Positions 55,736-63,480 of a DNA stretch of 64,000 nt are shown piece after piece; the stretch's first letter is position 1, and every line of letters begins with the position of its first letter. Where the stretch lies: contig JBMNPE010000001.1 in assembly GCA_050943435.1 (NCBI GenBank), positions 30,315 to 94,314 of the forward strand, read 5' to 3'. This DNA is from Oscillospiraceae bacterium (GTDB taxonomy: Bacteria > Bacillota > Clostridia > Oscillospirales > Ruminococcaceae). The notes under the pieces are model-generated. The model saw nothing but the letters and a program-made list of their open reading frames with translations. It searched no databases and was not told the origin of the DNA. The position numbers and the translations under genes were made by a program.

Positions 55736-56122
55736 ATGATTGCAGGCATCGGCGTTGACGCTGTAAGTATTGACAATATGAAGCGCATTATCGAAAGCAG
55801 CGGCTCATTAGACAAGTCGGCTTTTGTATCGCACACTTTCACAAGGCGTGAAATCGAGGAGGCCGGCGGAAATGCGGCAGAGTACCTGGCTGCACGATTC
55901 GCCGTAAAGGAAGCCGTATTCAAAGCCCTTGCGCATCTCCTTCCCGAGAAGACCTTCGATTTGAGGCTCATAGAATCTTCTCATCATGAAGACGGCAGCC
56001 CGTATGTGGTTATCAATGAGTTCACGTCGGGACTGATGGAGAAAGCCAATGTCAGGTCCCTTGAGCTTTCTGTCACTACAGAGGACAATATGGCCATAGC
56101 TTTTGTCGTCGCTGAGGGCTGA
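55736..56122 (+). CDS. acpS: Holo-ACP synthase (4'-phosphopantetheinyl transferase, AcpS type)
   Basis: 128 aa. MIAGIGVDAVSI N-terminus and FAVKEAVFKAL block. Confidence 0.9.
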   Translation: MIAGIGVDAVSIDNMKRIIESSGSLDKSAFVSHTFTRREIEEAGGNAAEYLAARFAVKEAVFKALAHLLPEKTFDLRLIESSHHEDGSPYVVINEFTSGLMEKANVRSLELSVTTEDNMAIAFVVAEG

Positions 56123-56298
56123 AAGAAGATATTTTAGAAATGAATGGGCCCGTATTGTGAGAGGGATGATTTAATATCAACCGGTATTTTATTAAAGACA
56201 GCAGGCGTTCCATTCCGTGCGTTAAGGCTGGGAATGGAGGAGCGCGGATACTGCTCATCCATGGTGCGTGCACAGACTCTTCATTCTTTTTTGAGCTG

Positions 56299-56949
56299 AT
56301 GAAGTGCCTTTCCAAAAGCTGCACTGCGTTTGCCTGCGACCGTGCAGGATACGGCATCAGCGGCATACCTCCCAGGGAACTTTCGTCCCAGTGGGAGGAC
56401 ATAGGGCTGCTGTGCAGAGAAATTGAACCGGATATTATCCTGGCCCATTCATCAGGGTTCATTCCTGTGCTGGAAGCGACGGCACATGGGATAAAAACCG
56501 GAAAGATGCTGCTGTTTGAACCTCTTCTCCCGTCGCTGATAACGGACCCTGAGATCCTGAATGACATTAAAGTGATGAAGAGATTTGCTGACGAGGGGAA
56601 GGAAGCGCAGGCCCTGCTGTCCCTTGTCGAAATTCTAGGCCGTGACCCGGAAGGGAAGCCCATGTCAGATGAGGAAGAAGAGCATATAGATAAAAACATG
56701 CACGCATTCTTTTCCGCAGAACTCCGGGGATACCTGTCATATAATCCTCCTGCCGACAGCGTTCCGGACATGATAATAGGTTATGGCACGAAGCGGCCGG
56801 GAGCCGACAGGGCGGCTCCGATTCTCTCGCTCGCACAGCGCCTGCATGCCCCTATATGTTCCTTTCCAGGAGCCCATAACAGCCCGCACGACCAGCCGGA
56901 GGCTTTTGCAGACTGGGTTCTGGATAAGTCAGTACCTGGAAAGAAGTGA
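56299..56949 (+). CDS. Alpha/beta hydrolase. The conserved N-terminus lies upstream of the first ATG.
   Basis: AHSSG nucleophile elbow and C-terminal GAHNSPHDQPEAF. The in-frame upstream translation from 56170 (..GNGGARILLIHGACTDSSFFFEL) carries the HG oxyanion motif, but there is no ATG/GTG/TTG there. Confidence 0.7.
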   Translation: MKCLSKSCTAFACDRAGYGISGIPPRELSSQWEDIGLLCREIEPDIILAHSSGFIPVLEATAHGIKTGKMLLFEPLLPSLITDPEILNDIKVMKRFADEGKEAQALLSLVEILGRDPEGKPMSDEEEEHIDKNMHAFFSAELRGYLSYNPPADSVPDMIIGYGTKRPGADRAAPILSLAQRLHAPICSFPGAHNSPHDQPEAFADWVLDKSVPGKK

Positions 56950-57087
56950 CAGAAAAGCATGAGTCACAGTCTGTTCTGAGCATTGGTCTGGATTCTGGGT
57001 TTCCCGATTCTTGTTTTTTTCCTTCCATGTCTCACGTCATTTGCAGAGCTGAATCTCCAAAGATATATCCGATTTTGTGACAGAGTA

Positions 57088-57145
57088 TTGACTATATTCC
57101 ACTTGTAGAATATATTGGTTATAGTATTCCACAAGTGGAATATAT
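57088..57145 (+). promoter_or_regulatory. padR promoter (TTGACT-N17-TATATT) overlapped by two 18-bp palindromic operator-like repeats
   Basis: TATTCCACTTGTAGAATA (57095-57112) and TATTCCACAAGTGGAATA (57124-57141, a perfect 8-2-8 palindrome), 29 bp apart and directly upstream of padR. Confidence 0.55.
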
Positions 57146-57168
57146 TATTTCTGCCTGAGGAGAAAACA

Positions 57169-57732
57169 ATGCTGAAGCATGGAATTTTAGGGCTGTTGAA
57201 CTACGGCGATATGTGCGGATATGAAATCATGGAGGTCTTCCGGGACTCGCTTAACTATTTCTGGTCCGCACAGACGAGCCAGATCTACCGGGAGCTGGAC
57301 GGTCTGGAACAGCGAGGCTGGATTAGGAGAAGGACAGAGAAGCAGGAGGGAAAGCCCGACAGAAACGTCTGCTCCATCACGAAAGAAGGCAGGGAAGAGC
57401 TGATGCGCTGGCTTTCCAAGCCAGATACGTACGCTGAAAACCGCTTCCCCCTTCTGATGAAAGTCTTCTTCATGGGAGAACTAGAGCCTGAGGAAAGTCT
57501 GGCTTTTTTTGGGAAACTGGAAAAAGAATACACAGAAGCGCTGAATACGCTGGAAGGGACAAAAGATGCCATTGTCTACTATCAGAGGGAAGTGCCTGAC
57601 CCGGAGCGCGTCGCGTTCTGGCAGATGACGTCAGACTTCGGGAAGAGATACGCAGAGATGATGGTTGAATGGAGCAGGAGCTGCATAGATAAAATCGAAG
57701 CTGCACAGAAGAGCAAAGGCGGTGCGAAATGA
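57169..57732 (+). CDS. PadR-family transcriptional regulator
   Basis: MLKHGILGLLNYGDMCGYEIMEVF...SQIYRELDGLEQRGWI wHTH. Start at ATG 57169 after GAGGAG. The stop overlaps the next start (ATGA). Confidence 0.88.
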   Translation: MLKHGILGLLNYGDMCGYEIMEVFRDSLNYFWSAQTSQIYRELDGLEQRGWIRRRTEKQEGKPDRNVCSITKEGREELMRWLSKPDTYAENRFPLLMKVFFMGELEPEESLAFFGKLEKEYTEALNTLEGTKDAIVYYQREVPDPERVAFWQMTSDFGKRYAEMMVEWSRSCIDKIEAAQKSKGGAK

Positions 57733-59372
57733 ACATCCTGGTTATCAACGGAAGCCCAAAGGGCGATAGGAGCAACTCGCTGAAGCTGACTGACGCTTTC
57801 CTTGAAGGCGTGGAAGAGGCCCTTGGAAGCAGCACGACGGCTGTAGAGAAGCTCGATGTCTCGAAGCTCGACATCTCATCCTGCCGGGGCTGCTTCTGCT
57901 GCTGGAACAAAACGCCCGGGAAATGCGTAATCCACGATGACATGGAAAAAGTGATCGAAAAACTCCTCTGGTCGGACCTCACCATCTGGAGTTTTCCGCT
58001 TTATTATTTCGGTGTTCCAGGAAAGCTCAAAATGCTGATGGACCGGCAGCTCCCAATGTCCCTTCCATTTATGCTGAGGGACACAGAAAGCGGAGGTCAT
58101 CCTTCACGTTACGACATGAGCGGGAAAAAGACGGTGATCATCTCTACCTGCGGTTTCTACACTGCAGAGGAAAATTATGACGCTGTGCGAGCTCAGTTTG
58201 ACAGGCTCTACGGGGAAAACGGCTATACGGCTATATTCTGCGGGGAAGGCGAGCTCTTCCGTGTCCCTGAGCTCAGTGCCCGCACCGATGAGTACCTCTC
58301 ATATGTCCGGGAGGCAGGGAAGGAATTCATATCCGGCGGAATATCCCCGGAGATTTCAAAGAAGCTGTCAGAACTGCTCTACCCCAGGGAAGCCTTCGAA
58401 CGCATGGCTGACGCGAGCTGGGGCATAAGCGAGGGCAGGGGAAAGGAAGATCCATATTTTACCTATACCGAGCAGATGGCTGCGCTGTATAAACCTTCAT
58501 CGTATAAGGGAAAAGATATCGTGTTCGACATGGATTACACCGATGTCGGAAGGCGCTACCGGGTCGTCCTTGGGAAAGACAGGAGCACAGTATCCAGAGT
58601 TTCCGGCCAGGAACAGAATGGTGAATCCGCGCAGAAGCCGGGAACGGTCATACACACGCCTTTCAAGGTCTGGAAGGAAATAGCGGAAGGAAAGTACACC
58701 GGTCCGGAAGCGCTCATGAAGCACCTCTATACCGTAGAGGGGGATTTCAGCCTGATGCTGGGCTGGGACAGCTATTTCGCCTCCACTGGAAAGAACAAGA
58801 GTGTCCCTGCAAAAAAGGATCATGAAGGCAGAAAATCGATTATGGCATACATGCTCCTCGCCTGGATAACCTTCTGGGTAGCCGCGCCGATCGACAGCTT
58901 TTACGGGAGCATCATCAGCATCATAGTGTGTGCCATTCTTCCGATAATATTTTTCAGGAACAGGAGGACAGCCTATGATGTGATTTCCTGCACTGCGGTC
59001 ACAGGTTTTTCTGTGCTGCTGATTCTCGGAGCTCCTTCCCTGGTCCTGGTTCCATGTTCCTATTTCACATTCGGCCTCATGTGGTTTGCGTCCGTTTTCC
59101 TCCCGATCCCTCTGACAGCTCACTATTCCAAGAACGGATACGGAGGCGACACAGCTTTGGAAAACCCGATGTTCATCAAGACAAACCGAATCCTCACTGC
59201 CATCTGGGGAATCTTTTACCTGATAACCCCCATCTGGACATACTTCATAATGCTGACAGAGGCTGGATATCTGACAGGAGCGGTGAATTCAATCCTCCCA
59301 ATCTTCCTAGGCATCTTCACATCATGGTTCCAGAAATGGTACCCTGCAAAAATCGCGGAAGGAAGGTATTAA
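57729..59372 (+). CDS. Tri-domain fusion: flavodoxin-fold FMN reductase with Cys cluster, SCP2-like domain, and a C-terminal multi-TM domain
   Basis: 547 aa. N-terminus MNILVINGSPKGDRSNS plus CRGCFCCWNKTPGKC. Middle block GKYTGPEALMKHLYTVEGDFSLMLGW is SCP2-like. The C-terminal ~175 aa have about 5 TMs. Confidence 0.75.
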   Translation: MNILVINGSPKGDRSNSLKLTDAFLEGVEEALGSSTTAVEKLDVSKLDISSCRGCFCCWNKTPGKCVIHDDMEKVIEKLLWSDLTIWSFPLYYFGVPGKLKMLMDRQLPMSLPFMLRDTESGGHPSRYDMSGKKTVIISTCGFYTAEENYDAVRAQFDRLYGENGYTAIFCGEGELFRVPELSARTDEYLSYVREAGKEFISGGISPEISKKLSELLYPREAFERMADASWGISEGRGKEDPYFTYTEQMAALYKPSSYKGKDIVFDMDYTDVGRRYRVVLGKDRSTVSRVSGQEQNGESAQKPGTVIHTPFKVWKEIAEGKYTGPEALMKHLYTVEGDFSLMLGWDSYFASTGKNKSVPAKKDHEGRKSIMAYMLLAWITFWVAAPIDSFYGSIISIIVCAILPIIFFRNRRTAYDVISCTAVTGFSVLLILGAPSLVLVPCSYFTFGLMWFASVFLPIPLTAHYSKNGYGGDTALENPMFIKTNRILTAIWGIFYLITPIWTYFIMLTEAGYLTGAVNSILPIFLGIFTSWFQKWYPAKIAEGRY

Positions 59373-59437
59373 TCTTCCGCTTTTGAGTGGGATGCCGATT
59401 CCAGGCATGTGCATGCAGGAAGCATATAACACTGCCT

Positions 59438-59794
59438 TTATTGGTCTTGCAGATCCCTTGTATCTTTTCTGGCACACAGTCCGAACGCGACATTTTCGAA
59501 GACCGTCATATGCGGCCACAGGGCAAAATCCTGGAATACAAAACCGAGGTTTCTTTTTTCAGGGGGAATATTTTTCCCCTTCTGTTTTGAAAAAACACAC
59601 TGATCGTCAATCCAGATCTCGCCGTCATCCGGTTTTTCCAGACCGGCGATCATCCTCAGCAGAGTTGTCTTGCCGCATCCTGACGGCCCAAGCAGAGTTG
59701 TAAGGCTTCCATCTTCTATCGTCAGGGTTGTAGGATGGATGACCTGTTTCTTATCAAAGCTTTTCGATATTTCTTTAAGAAAGATTTTCATCAT
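59438..59794 (-). pseudogene. Truncated ABC-transporter ATPase (N-terminal ~105 residues only)
   Basis: Walker A GPSGCGKTT and the Q-loop region (FVFQDFALWPHMTVFENV) are present. The LSGGQ signature and Walker B are absent. The frame ends 66 nt from the upstream gene's stop. Confidence 0.75.
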
Positions 59795-59920
59795 GTTCCC
59801 CTGTAAATCGCATATCGCTAATGTTAAGGACACTATGTAAATTGTTCTGCAATAAGTCCGAAAATACAGGTAAAATCTGCACTGCACGGGATTCTTCGTA
59901 GCTAAAAAATTATTGGCAAT

Positions 59921-59954
59921 AAAAAAGATCAGATGAATTGTTCATCTGATCTTT
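59921..59954 (-). terminator. Intrinsic terminator after the ADP-ribosylglycohydrolase remnant
   Basis: The minus strand has an 11-bp stem GATCAGATGAA/TTCATCTGATC followed by a T6 run. Confidence 0.75.
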
Positions 59955-60082
59955 CAGTATTAATTAGTGATGAGGGAAAACTGAAAAAGCTATTGTTAAC
60001 TCGTTAAGAGCAGATTATTGCTCTCTTGTTACCTGTACTTTCTACGAGCGAGTTTCCGGTTGGGGAAATATTAAATTAAGCA

Positions 60083-60817
60083 TCAAGGATGATAAGAGTT
60101 CCGGATGTACTTATCTTCCCAATCAGGATCCTGTTTATAGCCTTCCCTGGGCCCGTACTCTGTGATTGGGCAGTCGTAATAGAGGTCATCCGCAAGTGTA
60201 AGTATCACATCCTTGAGTTCCAGAAATGCAGTGTATTTCTGGGGGATCCCGGATAATCCTACGTGTGCACCTACTATACTTCCGGCCACGGCTCCTGTCG
60301 AATCACTGTCACCACTATGATTAACAGCGGCGATCACTGCTCTGTCAAAATCGTCAGGGTATTTAAGCGCACAGTAGACGGCAATTGAAAAGGTCTCCTC
60401 TGCAACCCAGCCTTCTCCCAGCTGATGAATTGACTCCAGATCACTGATACCCTTACTGCCGTTTTTCGATATGGTATTTTTCTCTCTGAAGATCATCGTA
60501 ATTTTCTGTCTGGGTTTTCAGCCAGTCCTTATAGCTGTAATACACATAGGATTCATATTTAGCCATTATTCCGTGGGAAAAGCCTCTTGTAGTTCCCTGA
60601 AGCAGTCCTGTGGCAGTAAAGAGTGTCATCTGTGTGTCGTCAGATATCCTGGCAGTTCCGTCGGAAAGGTCATATTCGGTAATGCCGTCTTTTCCATATT
60701 TGGTGAAAATCTCATTTTCGTCTAAAAATTCAACGGCATACCCGAGTGCGTCTCCCGCAGCCACGCCGACAAGGCAGCCCCGGTACTGATCAATATTTTT
60801 GAATCTTTATCTGTCAT
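60083..60817 (-). pseudogene. ADP-ribosylglycohydrolase-family gene disrupted by two frameshifts
   Basis: The N-terminal ATG 60817 and the C-terminal ORF (60083..60496) share one frame. The middle, with the VAAGDALGYAVEF motif (60453..60764), is in another frame. Both junctions map to 5-nt homopolymers (60796-60800 and 60477-60481). Confidence 0.75.
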
Positions 60818-60996
60818 AGGCATTGGGCTTCACATCCATTCTATCTGACGAATACCTGAAACACTCGAAGCGTATTACTAAAATAAAAAAACTTGAGGAG
60901 CCGATTTGACAGCTCAAGTAATTCAAACAAAACTGCGAGAAGAGATTATTTAAGGGTAAACACTAAAACACATCATCAGACAATTCACTGACTTCA

Positions 60997-61524
60997 TCAG
61001 TATTTTCTGCTTTTATTAATGATGGGGATCTGTTCTGCCTGCATGCGGTCAACAAACGTATTGTAATGATCAAACATACCATCCACAAGGAAGGCCCTTC
61101 TCTTGCGTCCCTTTACATAGACGCGCATTTCTCCCGTGACTGCAACGCACCGTTCAATATCACTGATCTTCCAGTGCTTTTTTATAGCAAATAGTATTCT
61201 GATCGTGACGTCATCATCATCCACACGCATCTCCCACATGCCGGGAATCGGCATTATGCAGAGAATCAGCCCGGGGATTGCGATGAAAATCGCCATGAGC
61301 ACGGTGAGAATCATAGGCATTTCCTGATGGGAAAAATACGCGCCAAGTTCGATCACTGCAAAAAGTCCGACCCCGACGCACCCAACCCAGATGAGGGAAC
61401 GGTTGCCCCTTGCCGTGAAGTGATACATGTTTGCCGAATTTGGCTTGCTCTGGTTCCGTCCAAGAACCAGATTCAGGACGATTGATACTACAAACGCACT
61501 CAGCAATGCTATTACGAAAGCCAT
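60997..61524 (-). CDS. Hypothetical membrane protein (3 TM plus a small cytoplasmic beta-rich domain)
   Basis: 175-aa ORF with hydrophobic N-terminal two-thirds. No recognisable motif. Confidence 0.5.
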   Translation of the reverse strand: MAFVIALLSAFVVSIVLNLVLGRNQSKPNSANMYHFTARGNRSLIWVGCVGVGLFAVIELGAYFSHQEMPMILTVLMAIFIAIPGLILCIMPIPGMWEMRVDDDDVTIRILFAIKKHWKISDIERCVAVTGEMRVYVKGRKRRAFLVDGMFDHYNTFVDRMQAEQIPIINKSRKY

Positions 61525-61902
61525 ATTGTTTCCTTTGTCTCCTCTTAAAAAAATAACACTTGTCTCTTGGCAAAGGAGGGGACAGGTGCAGAAAAAATCT
61601 TTTCTGCTGTCATATATTTCCCCTCTTTGCTTCAGATTTCAAATACTCATCAGAGTATGAATAATGTTACGCCTTTTATTATAGCCAAACAGTAAATCAT
61701 TAACTGGATTGTACCCGGCGGTCACTATTAATCCCTGCTGCCCTTGCGAATTCGATGGGAAGATAGAAAGTCCTGTTTCCCATAAGCTTTTGACCGGAAG
61801 TATACAGCACAGTCAAAAAAAAATTTGACAATATGTCATAATCCCGTTTATCTTTCAGGTGATGGTATGCTCACTTTTCTATGAGCAGAAATAGGAGAGT
61901 AA

Positions 61903-63261
61903 ATGAAGAAAAGACAATATCAAAGATTTCCTACTGTAGTTGCCATAGCGCTCATGATCAGTCTGATCCTGTCCGGATCCCCGATATATGCAGATACGAC
62001 ATCGGTTAATGTTTCAGTGGTTTGGAACGACGGGGGCATCCCGAATGTTCATTACCCTGATTCTGTTACTGTCCAGCTCATTAATAGGCTCACAGACGAG
62101 ATTTACAGCGATCCAGTCGTGCTGAATTCATCCAATAACTGGGAATATGAATGGAGGGATCTGGACGATAGTGTGACTTATACCGTGGTAGGGTCAGCAG
62201 TGGATGGCTACACATATACCGTCCTGGGAGACGCCACAACCGGCTTCATTGTCAACTATACCCGTACTCCTGTGACAAGAACGGTTTCTGCCGAGATAGT
62301 CTGGGAGGACGGCGACGACCAGGACGGCCTGAGGCCGGATACCGTTTCTCTACAGCTCTATGCCGGTGGCGTTGCTTCCGGCAGCGTAGTCGAGCTGGGT
62401 GAGGACGACAGCTGGACACACTCCTGGCAGAATTTGAACTTCTACTCGAACTATCAGGAAATAATTTATACCGTGGAAGAGAGCGGTGTACCAGATGGCT
62501 ACACGGTTGTCGTCTCTGGGGACGCCGGATCTGGTTTTACATTTACCAATACCCATGTGCCAGAGACAACCTCGATTTCTGTCTCTAAAGTTTGGGACGA
62601 TGTCAGCGACCAGGACGGGCTGCGGACTGACTCAGTTTCCGTCCAGCTCTATGCAGACAGCGTGCCTTCAGGCAGCGCAGTCGTGCTGAGCGAGGACAAT
62701 CACTGGGCATACACCTGGACGAATCTGGATGTTTACGCTGACGGCGAGAAGATCACCTATACCGTGGAAGAGACTGATGTGCCCGATGGCTACACATGTG
62801 CTATCTCTGGAGACGCATCATCTGGTTTTGTTGTCACCAACACCCATGTGCCAGAGACGACTTCGGTTTCTGTTGCAAAAGTTTGGGACGACAGCAGCAA
62901 TCAGGTCGGCAAGCGGCCGGACTCCGTTACCGTCCTGCTTTATGCTGACGGTGAGGCTTCCGGTGACGCAGTCGTGCTGAATGAAGAGAATGACTGGACA
63001 TATACCTGGACAGATCTGGATGTTTACGCCGACGGCGAGGAGATCACTTATACCGTTGAAGAGACCGATGTGCCCGATGGTTACACATGTACCGTCTCTG
63101 GAGACTCTTCATCCGGCTTTACGATCACCAACACACTGGTCGCCACGCCTAAAACGGGAGATTCAATGCAGGCTGCCATGTATTCCTTGCTGATCCTTGC
63201 TTCTACTGCTGGCGTCATCTGCATAGTATATTTAAAAAGAAAGAGCGTAAAAAAATCCTGA
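61903..63261 (+). CDS. Cell-wall-anchored protein with four CnaB-type domains
   Basis: Signal peptide, four repeats of the KVWDD..DQDGLRPDSV...ITYTVEE..VPDGYT...GF..TNT type, then C-terminal TPKTGD, a TM and KRKSVKKS. Confidence 0.9.
   Translation: MKKRQYQRFPTVVAIALMISLILSGSPIYADTTSVNVSVVWNDGGIPNVHYPDSVTVQLINRLTDEIYSDPVVLNSSNNWEYEWRDLDDSVTYTVVGSAVDGYTYTVLGDATTGFIVNYTRTPVTRTVSAEIVWEDGDDQDGLRPDTVSLQLYAGGVASGSVVELGEDDSWTHSWQNLNFYSNYQEIIYTVEESGVPDGYTVVVSGDAGSGFTFTNTHVPETTSISVSKVWDDVSDQDGLRTDSVSVQLYADSVPSGSAVVLSEDNHWAYTWTNLDVYADGEKITYTVEETDVPDGYTCAISGDASSGFVVTNTHVPETTSVSVAKVWDDSSNQVGKRPDSVTVLLYADGEASGDAVVLNEENDWTYTWTDLDVYADGEEITYTVEETDVPDGYTCTVSGDSSSGFTITNTLVATPKTGDSMQAAMYSLLILASTAGVICIVYLKRKSVKKS
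61993..63136 (+). repeat. Tandem coding repeats (about 96-aa CnaB units, 4 copies; the last two are the most similar)
   Basis: VPETTSISVSKVWDDVSDQDGLRTDSV... and VPETTSVSVAKVWDDSSNQVGKRPDSV... are near-duplicates. Confidence 0.8.
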
Positions 63262-63480
63262 TCGAATTAATACTAGAAAAATGCTTCTGATGACGAAATT
63301 TACGCTTCTTATGGTTTTGAGAAAATGATCGAGCAGCTTGGAATTTCCCTGTAATCACGTCAAAAAAAGACGCAAATGTTTTGAGAACAATTTGTTTGCA
63401 GAAGAATGTGTTTTTACTTTTGCAGCAACTAATCGACCTATTGTTCTGCGGCGAATTTTACCCTTTTCACCAATTTTGAT

